The notes beneath the pieces were generated by a model that did no database searches, was not told the DNA's origin, and saw nothing but the letters and a program-made list of their open reading frames with translations. Made by a program: the position numbers and the translations under genes. A stretch of 64,000 nt of DNA from a virus. Positions 17,942-25,405 of this stretch are shown piece by piece (positions within the stretch are counted from its first letter, which is position 1; each line of letters starts with the position of its first letter). Location: the IMG/VR virus record IMGVR_UViG_3300031992_000005, positions 192,001-256,000 of that record; one strand, written 5' to 3'.

Positions 17942-18419
17942 ATATAAAAGTGATAGAGAGAAATATCTGAAAAAAGAAGAATTAGGTTATTCAACTATAG
18001 ATGTTGAATTTGGGCCTAATTATAACATATATACTTTGAATTTTAAGGATAATATTGTCGTAAATCTTTGGATCTCATTAGATGATGATACTGAACCAGA
18101 TGATGAAGCCATAGCATCTTTTGAGAAGAATGGAGTCCTAATGAGAATCCTCCCAGTGAGGTTGAAAATTCTATCTTCATTCCTAAAAGAGAATACAACA
18201 ACGCTCAAAGAATATATTAAGCCGCAAATAAAAGAAAAGATTGAAGTAAAAACTAACATCCTATCAAAGGAGGGAGAAGAACCGGAGCCTAATTCAGGAC
18301 AAGAAGAACTTCCTCTCCCAGAACCTAAGAAGGTTTATCACAAACCAAAGATGAAGGTAAAAAAAGATACTGGCTTCATTGGACTAGTAAGAAATCTTTG
18401 GAAAGCATGGATAGGATAA
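17925..18419 (+). CDS. hypothetical protein
   Basis: 164-aa ORF. Confidence 0.5.
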   Translation: MTPETRYKSDREKYLKKEELGYSTIDVEFGPNYNIYTLNFKDNIVVNLWISLDDDTEPDDEAIASFEKNGVLMRILPVRLKILSSFLKENTTTLKEYIKPQIKEKIEVKTNILSKEGEEPEPNSGQEELPLPEPKKVYHKPKMKVKKDTGFIGLVRNLWKAWIG

Positions 18420-18437
18420 AAAAGAAAGGGAACCCCA

Positions 18438-19028
18438 TTAAGAGGGGCTCTCTTTTTTTATTGTTCCCGTCCACCTACCTTTGGCGGTAGTGCCAGGAGT
18501 TAAGATGTCGATTCTCCTAATCCATCTGGGATTCATTCTATCATGGATGGTATATGTTCCATCCACGGAGCCAGTACCTGTTAAGGTAATTCGGTCTCCA
18601 TACTTAAAATGTTCCAGAAGATCAGGGGAGATTGCAATCCACTTTTCCTTCCCGGTTTTTATCTTACTACCATCGGCCGTAATAGATGGTGTACTATCAC
18701 ACTGCGACCGAACTGGATTATACCTAGTTACGGTCACCCTAATTTCCTTTACCTGTCGTATGGGTACAGGCCTAGGGGTTTCTTTGAGCCTCAATGCGTC
18801 CTCACGACGCTGCTGAAGCTCCTTCTCATAATCATCTAGATCGACATTGTACAAGACTGTGTCGACCCTAAGGTCATAATGCTCCTCCTCATACTCCCGG
18901 AGCAAGTGGGAGCGGTGCTGTTCCTTTGCCGCACCGAACAGAAAGTATAATACTACCCCTAAAAAGAAGTAGAGTATTATCTTACCTATGTAGTCAATGA
19001 CCACAGGGTTGTTAATAGGATTTTTCAT
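18438..19028 (-). CDS. membrane-anchored 3D-domain protein (lytic transglycosylase-like; candidate lysin)
   Basis: N-terminal TM segment. C-terminus VTVTRYNPVRSQCDSTPSITADGSKI..WIAISPDLL..GDRI.L.G..DG.YTIHDRMNPR..IDIL follows the 3D-domain pattern. Confidence 0.65.
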   Translation of the reverse strand: MKNPINNPVVIDYIGKIILYFFLGVVLYFLFGAAKEQHRSHLLREYEEEHYDLRVDTVLYNVDLDDYEKELQQRREDALRLKETPRPVPIRQVKEIRVTVTRYNPVRSQCDSTPSITADGSKIKTGKEKWIAISPDLLEHFKYGDRITLTGTGSVDGTYTIHDRMNPRWIRRIDILTPGTTAKGRWTGTIKKESPS

Positions 19029-19068
19029 AATTCTTAATTTTTTTTTCGTTAGACATTTTCTTTATAAA

Positions 19069-19093
19069 CTCTATATATAAGGCATTAATGGGG
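19069..19093 (-). promoter_or_regulatory. promoter motif (class 1)
   Basis: The - strand reads CCCCATTAATGCCTTATATATAGAG, about 40 nt upstream of start 19028. Confidence 0.55.
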
Positions 19094-19099
19094 AGAACA

Positions 19100-19131
19100 A
19101 AAAAAAACACAGCGTTTACTGTGTTTTTTGA
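19100..19131. terminator. intrinsic terminator
   Basis: A-run, hairpin ACACAG cgttta CTGTGT, then T-run. Confidence 0.6.
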
Positions 19132-19150
19132 AAAGCTTCAACAGTTCCTC

Positions 19151-19447
19151 TTATAAATCTCCAGCTTTTACGAGCTGTTCGAGGAACGACTGAAGGTCGT
19201 CCTTCTTCAAAGGATTTCCGGCCATATCAAAAAGGCCGTATCCCCCGACGTTAACCTTCTTGCCACCTACGATATAGTCGCAAGAAGCAACTATGTCACT
19301 TAAGTAAGCCTTATGGTTGTCGACGTATTCTAACGCCTTATACCTTACGTCAACAACCATTCCGGCGAATTTACCGGAAGTTGGGATCATCTCAATAATG
19401 TGATAGACCCGAGATCCATCATCATGCTTTGAAAATAAGTATTCCAT
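19151..19447 (-). CDS. hypothetical protein
   Basis: 98-aa ORF in its own promoter/terminator cassette. Confidence 0.55.
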   Translation of the reverse strand: MEYLFSKHDDGSRVYHIIEMIPTSGKFAGMVVDVRYKALEYVDNHKAYLSDIVASCDYIVGGKKVNVGGYGLFDMAGNPLKKDDLQSFLEQLVKAGDL

Positions 19448-19480
19448 AATCTTTTTTTTAAATTAAACATTAATTAATTA

Positions 19481-19514
19481 TCTCATAAATAAGGCATTGA
19501 TTATTCTTTGGGGA
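19481..19514 (-). promoter_or_regulatory. promoter motif (class 1)
   Basis: The - strand reads CCCCAAAGAATAATCAATGCCTTATTTATGAGA. Confidence 0.5.
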
Positions 19515-19531
19515 AGAAAAAAGGGGAGGCC

Positions 19532-19843
19532 TTAGACCTCCTCCTCTTTAAACTCGTTTATTACACTTAACAGAGTATCCTCGGTTTCCTTTACCAAGGA
19601 TACTATGAAATTTTTCGCTTCTTTGTCATTTTCGACTTCTCTTTCTGAAATTTTTAAAACCTCTATCAGATATCTTAACTCATTACATTGAAAAACAAGA
19701 TTAAGCATCAATAGAGATACTATATCTTTTTCACTTGCCTCATTTGCCGCTAACCACTTTTGAATCTCCTCTGCAGTCCCTTTGCATCTAACTCCAAGGT
19801 CTTTGGCCCTGAGTGCTAAATTTTTTAATACTTTTGTTTCCAT
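19532..19843 (-). CDS. hypothetical protein
   Basis: 103-aa ORF. Confidence 0.55.
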   Translation of the reverse strand: METKVLKNLALRAKDLGVRCKGTAEEIQKWLAANEASEKDIVSLLMLNLVFQCNELRYLIEVLKISEREVENDKEAKNFIVSLVKETEDTLLSVINEFKEEEV

Positions 19844-19867
19844 CTTTTTTGTTTTTTATAAATTAAA

Positions 19868-19908
19868 CCTATATATAAGGCAATAACGACATTGATTAAC
19901 ATTTGGGG
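19868..19908 (-). promoter_or_regulatory. promoter motif (class 1)
   Basis: The - strand reads CCCCAAATGTTAATCAATGTCGTTATTGCCTTATATATAGG. Confidence 0.5.
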
Positions 19909-19920
19909 AAGAAAAAAAAA

Positions 19921-19994
19921 TAATCCGAGAGGGATTCGAACCCTCGACCCCAACATTAAAAGTGTTGTGCTCTGGCCAACTGAGCTATCGAATT
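19921..19994 (-). tRNA. tRNA-Lys (anticodon TTT)
   Basis: Acceptor AATTCGA/TCGGATT, D arm GCTC AGTTGGCCA GAGC, anticodon stem CAACA/TGTTG with loop CTTTTAA, T arm GAGGG TTCGAAT CCCTC. Followed directly by a T-run. Confidence 0.85.
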
Positions 19995-19998
19995 ATAT

Positions 19999-20021
19999 CT
20001 CATATATAAGGTTTTGAAGGG
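19999..20021 (-). promoter_or_regulatory. promoter motif (class 1) for tRNA-Lys
   Basis: The - strand reads CCCTTCAAAACCTTATATATGAG and ends about 4-6 nt before the tRNA 5' end. Confidence 0.55.
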
Positions 20022-20058
20022 AAAGAAAAAGAAAGGGAAACAATCTCTGCTTCCTTTC
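20022..20058 (-). terminator. intrinsic terminator (hairpin family 2)
   Basis: The - strand reads GAAAGGAAGCAGAGATTGTTTCCCTTTC followed by T-rich sequence. Confidence 0.6.
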
Positions 20059-20085
20059 TTTTCTTATCCTAGTTCTCTCTCAGAC

Positions 20086-20592
20086 CTAAAACAATCGTTC
20101 GAGAACTTGTTGGAATTGAAGTTCATTACCTGTTTGCCACTTGTCTTGGCAAAGATGTAACTGAACCTCGCCCCACTTGGAGGCAAACGTTATCACTTCC
20201 CCTTCTTTTCTCCCTTCGAATAATTCTATTGGGAGATAGCTTGGGAATCTATAATTATCTCGGAGAGCAAGCCACTCTCCTACTGCTGTGCTTTTTCGTG
20301 GCACAAAGGCATCAATACCCTCTTTTGCCCAATCGGACAATGTGCCAATACCTAAGTTACATGACTCGCAGTGGACCCTAACCAGTCCCTTAGAGTCCTT
20401 GAACTCCTTGATTCCGGAATTATTTGCATAAGCATCTAGAATCTCGGAATAACGATCACTGTTCTTCTCTGAAATAGTATCAGTATCGATGCCAAGAACG
20501 ATCGATACGTTACCTTCCAAAACTTGTTCCATACTTGTCTCCATATTCAAATACACTAAATACGTGTCGTGCGCAACATCTAAATTAAACAT
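20086..20592 (-). CDS. hypothetical protein
   Basis: 168-aa ORF. ATG lies only 6 nt after CCTTATATATAG, so the mRNA is leaderless or an internal Met is the start. Confidence 0.55.
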   Translation of the reverse strand: MFNLDVAHDTYLVYLNMETSMEQVLEGNVSIVLGIDTDTISEKNSDRYSEILDAYANNSGIKEFKDSKGLVRVHCESCNLGIGTLSDWAKEGIDAFVPRKSTAVGEWLALRDNYRFPSYLPIELFEGRKEGEVITFASKWGEVQLHLCQDKWQTGNELQFQQVLERLF

Positions 20593-20594
20593 TA

Positions 20595-20627
20595 CTCTAT
20601 ATATAAGGCATTAGTTAACATTTGGGG
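20595..20627 (-). promoter_or_regulatory. promoter motif (class 1)
   Basis: The - strand reads CCCCAAATGTTAACTAATGCCTTATATATAGAG. Confidence 0.5.
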
Positions 20628-20640
20628 AAGAAAAAAAAAA

Positions 20641-20761
20641 TAATTCGAGAGGGAATCGAACCCCCGACCTCCCCGATATATTAGCTTTATATACCTGGTG
20701 TTCTACCTCAGAAAACCTAAACATAAGATCTAATCGTAGATTTTCTCTGAACTATCGAATT
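20641..20761 (-). ncRNA. aberrant tRNA-like RNA (121 nt) with D-loop hairpin insertion and doubled anticodon arm
   Basis: Perfect acceptor AATTCGA/TCGAATT, D stem GTTC/GAAC, T arm GGGGG TTCGATT CCCTC. A 37-nt hairpin (AGAAAATCTA..TAGGTTTTCT) sits in the D loop. The anticodon arm is about 10 bp with loop AAAGCTA. Confidence 0.5.
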
Positions 20762-20762
20762 A

Positions 20763-20787
20763 TTCTTATATATAAGGCTTTGAAGGG
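20763..20787 (-). promoter_or_regulatory. promoter motif (class 1) for the tRNA-like RNA
   Basis: The - strand reads CCCTTCAAAGCCTTATATATAAGAA and ends 1-3 nt before the acceptor 5' end. Confidence 0.5.
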
Positions 20788-20796
20788 TTATATGGA

Positions 20797-20834
20797 AGAA
20801 AAAAAAGAAAGGGAAACAATTTCTGCTTCCTTTC
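20797..20834 (-). terminator. intrinsic terminator (hairpin family 2)
   Basis: The - strand reads GAAAGGAAGCAGAAATTGTTTCCCTTTC followed by a T-run. Confidence 0.6.
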
Positions 20835-20856
20835 TTTTTATGTTGTTTTAGAAGGG

Positions 20857-21066
20857 TTATTTCCTTCTGATAATGTACCCCTTCTTTTCGAGGTAGTCAA
20901 CCTCGCTCTCCAGAATGGTATATTCGTCACCCTTATTCGTGGTGAGAGTATAAGAGAAAACGCCTTTTGGGTCTCTTACACATTTGTAAAAATCTTCAGG
21001 ATTTAACATTACCGTTGTTGGCGATACTACTGCTTTTTGATCCCAAATTTTAATTTCAACTAACAT
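20857..21066 (-). CDS. hypothetical protein
   Basis: 69-aa ORF in its own cassette. Confidence 0.55.
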   Translation of the reverse strand: MLVEIKIWDQKAVVSPTTVMLNPEDFYKCVRDPKGVFSYTLTTNKGDEYTILESEVDYLEKKGYIIRRK

Positions 21067-21106
21067 AATTTTCTTAATTTTATTAAATTTAACATCATAT
21101 TAATTA

Positions 21107-21142
21107 TCTCTATATATATAAGGCACTAATATGGTTTTGGGG
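21107..21142 (-). promoter_or_regulatory. promoter motif (class 1)
   Basis: The - strand reads CCCCAAAACCATATTAGTGCCTTATATATATAGAGA. Confidence 0.5.
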
Positions 21143-21146
21143 AAGG

Positions 21147-21177
21147 AAAAAAAGATCCACCTTCACAGGCAGATCCT
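21147..21177 (-). terminator. intrinsic terminator (hairpin family 1)
   Basis: The - strand reads GGATCTGCCTGTGAAGGTGGATC followed by T7, downstream of tRNA-Arg. Confidence 0.6.
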
Positions 21178-21211
21178 TTCATAATTCTCGAAAAATTCAA
21201 CAATACATATG

Positions 21212-21285
21212 TGATCCGGAAGAGATTCGGACTCTTGACCTACAGTTTAGAAGACTGTTGCTCTATCCAGCTGAGCTACCGGACC
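21212..21285 (-). tRNA. tRNA-Arg (anticodon TCT)
   Basis: Acceptor GGTCCGG/CCGGATC, D arm GCTC AGCTGGATA GAGC, anticodon stem ACAGT/ACTGT with loop CTTCTAA, T arm AAGAG TCCGAAT CTCTT. Confidence 0.8.
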
Positions 21286-21291
21286 ATTATA

Positions 21292-21315
21292 CTCTATTTA
21301 TAAGATTTTAAGGGG
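21292..21315 (-). promoter_or_regulatory. promoter motif (class 1) for tRNA-Arg
   Basis: The - strand reads CCCCTTAAAATCTTATAAATAGAG and ends 6 nt before the tRNA 5' end. Confidence 0.55.
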
Positions 21316-21366
21316 ATTTGAGATGAAAAAAAAAAAGAAGTGGCCATTACCACCCCTTTACTATGT

Positions 21367-21819
21367 TTATGCGAACAGGCATATTAAGCTCGCAACAAAG
21401 TAGACTATATGGCAAACTACGTTAGTCGCAAACGCAGCTTCATCGTTATCCTTTGAAGCTTTTTGCCATCTTCGCCACGAAACAATGCTTAATACCAAGA
21501 GAAATATTCCAATTACTATTCCCAAAATATCTGTGTATAATAATTTCCAGATTACTATACCGATGGCAACTCTTCCTAGGTGTGTATTTGAAATTCTCTG
21601 AGCTGAACCCTCAATCGCTCTAAGGCATTCATTAACAGCTATGCCTATCTGCTTGCCAATGTTTGCCCACTTATCGGCGGATTCACTACTCTTCTGGAAG
21701 TTAATCTTTTCTCTTGTTTCACTAGGCAGCTGATTCCACTGCTCTTCTGTTAATACTCTGTCTGCTTGAACATTTAGTCCAAAAAACAGAACACTAAATA
21801 AAAATAATAATCTCTTCAT
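21367..21819 (-). CDS. membrane protein with signal peptide
   Basis: MKRLLFLFSVLFFGLNVQA plus C-terminal TM segments. Confidence 0.6.
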   Translation of the reverse strand: MKRLLFLFSVLFFGLNVQADRVLTEEQWNQLPSETREKINFQKSSESADKWANIGKQIGIAVNECLRAIEGSAQRISNTHLGRVAIGIVIWKLLYTDILGIVIGIFLLVLSIVSWRRWQKASKDNDEAAFATNVVCHIVYFVASLICLFA

Positions 21820-21844
21820 AATTGTTGTTTTTAAGTTAATATTA

Positions 21845-21868
21845 ATATATTAGTAAGGATTTTGGGGG
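21845..21868 (-). promoter_or_regulatory. promoter motif (class 2)
   Basis: The - strand reads CCCCCAAAATCCTTACTAATATAT. Confidence 0.5.
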
Positions 21869-21926
21869 ATAAAAAAGAAAGAGGTATAGACCTCTGTTCT
21901 TTCTGTACTTTGAAAAGTCAGTTTGA

Positions 21927-22205
21927 CTATGAAACACCAAAGAAAGATACCTCTCTTGTGTTTCCTAAGAATACCTCAGTAAATACTGGCTTTTCGTTAG
22001 CAAATTGTTTGGGCGTGCCTGCCCACAGTATTTTTTCCCCTTCGAAAAGGTAAGGGGCAACCTGATTCTTAGTACCTGCTAGTGCAGATACATAAAAACC
22101 TCCCTCATAGTCAGGGGATTGAATTACACAAAATCCTTTCCCCTCGTTGAATAAGTTGGCTTTCGCCAAAATCTGTAAACTAGTAACTTCCATGACTCTC
22201 ATCAA
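21927..22205 (-). CDS. hypothetical protein
   Basis: 92-aa ORF preceded by a promoter motif. Confidence 0.5.
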   Translation of the reverse strand: MMRVMEVTSLQILAKANLFNEGKGFCVIQSPDYEGGFYVSALAGTKNQVAPYLFEGEKILWAGTPKQFANEKPVFTEVFLGNTREVSFFGVS

Positions 22206-22232
22206 TTTAAGTTAAACAAATGAATTATCTAT

Positions 22233-22263
22233 CTCATATATAAGGCATTTCTTTTACTTCGGG
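22233..22263 (-). promoter_or_regulatory. promoter motif (class 1)
   Basis: The - strand reads CCCGAAGTAAAAGAAATGCCTTATATATGAG. Confidence 0.5.
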
Positions 22264-22267
22264 AAGG

Positions 22268-22369
22268 AAAAAAAATCCATAGCTAGGTAAGACACATTCT
22301 GTCGTTTAGTTGGCTGAGCGGGTTATGTGAATTACTAAGAATCACCGCAAGCATCTTATCTGCTATGGA
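22268..22369 (-). ncRNA. structured small RNA co-transcribed downstream of tRNA-Leu
   Basis: 8-bp closing helix TCCATAGC/GCTATGGA encloses about 78 relatively GC-rich nt and is followed by T8. Starts 6 nt after the tRNA-Leu 3' end. Confidence 0.4.
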
Positions 22370-22375
22370 CTATAG

Positions 22376-22458
22376 TGCGCCTGACAGGACTCGAACCTGC
22401 ACGTCACCGAGACACTTGATCCTAAGTCAAGCTTGGCTACCAATTACAACACAGGCGC
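22376..22458 (-). tRNA. tRNA-Leu (anticodon TAG), long variable arm
   Basis: Acceptor GCGCCTG/CAGGCGC, anticodon stem CTTGA/TCAAG with loop CTTAGGA, variable arm TGTCTCGGTGACGTG, T arm CAGG TTCGAGT CCTG. Confidence 0.8.
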
Positions 22459-22467
22459 ACATAATAT

Positions 22468-22488
22468 ACATTAGTAAGGTTTTTGGAC
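22468..22488 (-). promoter_or_regulatory. promoter motif (class 2) for tRNA-Leu
   Basis: The - strand reads GTCCAAAAACCTTACTAATGT. The CCTTACTAATG core ends about 12 nt before the tRNA 5' end. Confidence 0.5.
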
Positions 22489-22513
22489 TTCCTCAGCTTC
22501 CTTTTCCTTATTT

Positions 22514-23920
22514 ATGAAAAATATTAACATTATGGTATATATATTAACTTGTGAAGAAAGACGTTATTGTTACATTGGATTTGACAATAATGAACAAACA
22601 ATAGAGCAAATCTTGGAGGTGTTTGTGAAATATAATCCAAGTATAGAAGAATATCTTGTCTTAGATGAAGCTAATGAGGAGGATGCATTATCATTGAGTC
22701 TGTTATTTAAAGACCAGGAACATTGCCCGGGTTGGTACAAGTCTGAAAAAATTCTAGAGTTCCTAGGGAAATATGATAGACTGGATCTACTTAGAAAAGA
22801 ATTACCCCATACGAAAGCTAACCTAAGTCCCCAAGATATTGATCAGGGCATGGTTAATTCAATAATGGAATTTTGTGAAGTAAATTCGCAAGAAGACTTA
22901 GTCATATCTATGGTAAATCAAGGAATAGCTACGGGAGATTCATTTAAGTTATTCCTGTCCCATGATTTTCCAGAAAAAGATCAGTTAATTTATGAGTTTT
23001 GGGAAGGTAGGAAAGGAAAGTGGAGTGCAGATGATATTATTACTTACAGTAAGATAAAAGACCTGGTAAAGGGCATAAGTAGTAAAGCTGAACTTTATAA
23101 GTACTTATGTACTATCGATCTTCCTTTCATTGGACTCTTAGAAAAAGACGGGTTATATGAAGCTAAAGTAGTAGTTACTCTTGGAAAAAGAAGAGTAAGG
23201 GGGAATCCAGATCCTGAATATGACTATGAACTTCGTCAAATAGATCAAGTGGCATTGGAAGAGGAGATAAGAAATTCTTTCAAGCTATGGTCTTGCTATA
23301 CAAATCAGGAAATAGAAAACATTTTTTGTGGAATAAAAAGGAGATTAGAAATATCACCTAAGATTCATCTTAATATTAATAAGTATTTCTCTTTTGAGAA
23401 TACTAAAGTAAGAAGACCAGGGACGAGACATTTCCAATCCGCAAAGATACTGTGTGATTGGCTTGGTGATGAACCTAATGCAGAGTCCAGTTTTAAAAAA
23501 GAGCTTTTTAAACTCTTTCCTATTGGGGATAAAATGCCAGTAACTGTGGCAAGAAATAGGTTAAACTATCTCTATAGTAAAGTACAAGGATTTACAAAAA
23601 CTGCAAAAGCAACTGACCTTAGTAGATGGTTTGTGGTTAAATATTGTTGGGTTGATAAGCTCTATAGGGGCGTAGAGATAAAAGCTAAATTGGGAGATCC
23701 TAGTCCACAAAATTTTATTGATATACTAAAACCTCTTGTCCTAGAGAAGTTTAAGTATCAAACTAAAGCAAGTACTGCATCTATAATGGTGTTCCTGGAC
23801 CAATTGTTTCAAGGTTGTGGGTATTGGAGAAAGCCAAAAATAAAGTATATAAAATATTGGTATCCAAATTCAAAGAAATGTATGGTCCTAGGAAAACCTG
23901 GATATAAATTCAATAAATAA
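22514..23920 (+). CDS. hypothetical protein
   Basis: 468-aa ORF on a + strand island. CCTTATTTATG overlaps the start codon, so the real start may be M7 at 22532. Confidence 0.6.
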   Translation: MKNINIMVYILTCEERRYCYIGFDNNEQTIEQILEVFVKYNPSIEEYLVLDEANEEDALSLSLLFKDQEHCPGWYKSEKILEFLGKYDRLDLLRKELPHTKANLSPQDIDQGMVNSIMEFCEVNSQEDLVISMVNQGIATGDSFKLFLSHDFPEKDQLIYEFWEGRKGKWSADDIITYSKIKDLVKGISSKAELYKYLCTIDLPFIGLLEKDGLYEAKVVVTLGKRRVRGNPDPEYDYELRQIDQVALEEEIRNSFKLWSCYTNQEIENIFCGIKRRLEISPKIHLNINKYFSFENTKVRRPGTRHFQSAKILCDWLGDEPNAESSFKKELFKLFPIGDKMPVTVARNRLNYLYSKVQGFTKTAKATDLSRWFVVKYCWVDKLYRGVEIKAKLGDPSPQNFIDILKPLVLEKFKYQTKASTASIMVFLDQLFQGCGYWRKPKIKYIKYWYPNSKKCMVLGKPGYKFNK

Positions 23921-23963
23921 AAAAAAGTGAGCAAATCCTTTTGGGACTAGCTCACTCTCTCTT

Positions 23964-24242
23964 TCATTGGAAGGATTGAATTATTCTCTCTTTCACTTCA
24001 TCAAAAAGAGAATAAATTAATTCTATTGGTTGGTTTCTTAACCTTTCCTTTTCCCCCGTTGGTATGGTTCTGTAATAAACTATATCAGATTCTAATACCA
24101 ACTCGTGGTGTGAGTCTTCTTTCAGTGGAAAGATTTCCATCTCCCCCTTCTTCATCCACTTCCCGATAAAGTGGCATCTTGAAAACTTATTGTTACATAA
24201 AGATGCCAAATCTTTTAAGAATTGTTCCTTGTCTAGTTTCAT
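23964..24242 (-). CDS. hypothetical protein
   Basis: 92-aa ORF. Confidence 0.55.
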   Translation of the reverse strand: MKLDKEQFLKDLASLCNNKFSRCHFIGKWMKKGEMEIFPLKEDSHHELVLESDIVYYRTIPTGEKERLRNQPIELIYSLFDEVKERIIQSFQ

Positions 24243-24269
24243 ATTTAATCATTTTTTTTTATTGTTAAA

Positions 24270-24295
24270 CTTATATATATAAGGCATTAATAGGG
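24270..24295 (-). promoter_or_regulatory. promoter motif (class 1)
   Basis: The - strand reads CCCTATTAATGCCTTATATATATAAG. Confidence 0.55.
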
Positions 24296-24301
24296 AAGGA
24301 T

Positions 24302-24336
24302 AAAAAAAAGTAGACCAACCGCCGTTAGTCTACTAT
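24302..24336 (-). terminator. intrinsic terminator
   Basis: The - strand reads GTAGAC taacggcggttg GTCTAC followed by T8. Confidence 0.6.
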
Positions 24337-24351
24337 AATACGAATTCTTGT

Positions 24352-24861
24352 TTACTTAATGATAAGTCCGCCCTCTTCTTTCCAAACATTCCTGAAATTT
24401 TCTGTCTTCCTCAAAGACTTAATGAGCTCTTTGAACTCTCTTAGGTTACGGTTCTTAATCTTGACACTGATAGCGGTGTCACTGGACTTTCCCCAAATGT
24501 TTTCAGAGGAAAAGTATTGACGATCTTTTGGATCAGCTAGAACTTCATCAAGCTCCTTCTCACGAAAACAGCTTCCGATAGTATCAGCTACAATGTCACG
24601 TGCAGATACCTCCTTTGCCGTGTCATAACCCGAACCAAGGAGAACATCAATCAACCTCTTTTGTGCCTCCTGACTTCTAACCAAGATATAAATCTCAGAT
24701 ACTCTACCATTGAGCGAAGTCTGAAAAAGGTCATTCAAGTCTTCCGTCAGACATTCCTCTTCACAAGAATAGTTTAAGTACGGATATACCTCAATAATCC
24801 CGAACTCTTTCGCTTCATTTTCTTTTGAAGCCTCAATCTTTACATAATACTCGTCGTTCAT
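24352..24861 (-). CDS. hypothetical protein
   Basis: 169-aa ORF. Confidence 0.6.
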   Translation of the reverse strand: MNDEYYVKIEASKENEAKEFGIIEVYPYLNYSCEEECLTEDLNDLFQTSLNGRVSEIYILVRSQEAQKRLIDVLLGSGYDTAKEVSARDIVADTIGSCFREKELDEVLADPKDRQYFSSENIWGKSSDTAISVKIKNRNLREFKELIKSLRKTENFRNVWKEEGGLIIK

Positions 24862-24886
24862 AGAATTAAAAAAATTAAATATTATT

Positions 24887-24914
24887 TACAATACAAAAGT
24901 AAGGCATTGAGGGG
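24887..24914 (-). promoter_or_regulatory. promoter motif (class 1 variant)
   Basis: The - strand reads CCCCTCAATGCCTTACTTTTGTATTGTA. Confidence 0.45.
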
Positions 24915-24940
24915 AGAAAAAAAATACCCCTTCAGAAAGG

Positions 24941-25031
24941 GGATAATGCCTTATATATGTAATTTATATTATCTTTCATACATGTTTACTAAAGGGGATC
25001 GTCCGTGATGGATATATCCCCTCATTTTTTT
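24941..25031 (+). ncRNA. ORF-less promoter-to-terminator unit (sRNA candidate)
   Basis: GGATAATGCCTTATATATG, then 34 nt AT-rich, then hairpin GGGGATCGTCCGTGATGGATATATCCCC, then T-run. Confidence 0.45.
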
Positions 25032-25035
25032 GTTC

Positions 25036-25145
25036 AAAAAAAATAGGATCGAGATATACATATTACTATGTATAACCCTGACTGACTATTCTTTTTGAGA
25101 TTTATTATACTCTATATATATCTATTTATAAGGCATTAAGGGGAG
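25036..25145 (-). ncRNA. ORF-less promoter-to-terminator unit (sRNA candidate)
   Basis: The - strand reads CCCCTTAATGCCTTATAAATAGA, then about 50 nt, then TATACAT agtaat ATGTATA hairpin and T8. The hairpin differs from family 1. Confidence 0.35.
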
Positions 25146-25166
25146 AAAAAATACCGCCCCAGAAAG

Positions 25167-25262
25167 AGAAAAATGCCTTATATATAGAAACAGACGCATA
25201 ATAATTTAATTTCATAATAATAACTAGGGGATCGGTTCGTGATGAATAGATCCTTTTTTTTT
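25167..25262 (+). ncRNA. ORF-less promoter-to-terminator unit (sRNA candidate)
   Basis: AGAAAAATGCCTTATATATAG, then 39 nt, then GGGGATCGGTTCGTGATGAATAGATCC, then T9. Confidence 0.45.
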
Positions 25263-25265
25263 CAT

Positions 25266-25368
25266 ATCCCTTTAATGCTTTATATATGATCATAAAAAAT
25301 ATTTTTTTAAGTTTGAAAATAATGATTGGAGGATCAGTCCGGGATGGATAGATCCTCTTTTTTTTTTT
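25266..25368 (+). ncRNA. ORF-less promoter-to-terminator unit (sRNA candidate)
   Basis: ATCCCTTTAATGCTTTATATATG, then 39 nt, then GGAGGATCAGTCCGGGATGGATAGATCCTC, then T11. Confidence 0.45.
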
Positions 25369-25371
25369 GTT

Positions 25372-25405
25372 CAAAAAAAATCCCCCGACACGGGGATTCC
25401 TTTTT
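25372..25405. terminator. bidirectional intrinsic terminator
   Basis: A8, hairpin ATCCCC gaca(c) GGGGAT, then T5. Confidence 0.6.

Noticed and set aside
18481-18839. + strand ORFs 18481..18816 and 18609..18839.
   Set aside because: They are antisense to the 3D-domain gene, which has a recognisable domain, a promoter motif and a TM anchor.
20641-20761. Amber-suppressor tRNA (a CTA triplet is present in the anticodon-arm loop region) and stop-codon recoding.
   Set aside because: CTA cannot be placed at positions 34-36 of a 7-nt loop closed by a stable stem. All long ORFs in the window are intact under the standard code, so there is no evidence of recoding here.
25126-25374. 82-aa ORF on the - strand.
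   Set aside because: It runs antisense through three promoter/hairpin units. Its internal peptide repeat (RIY[PS]SRTDP) is just the translated conserved hairpin. It has no promoter motif or plausible start context.
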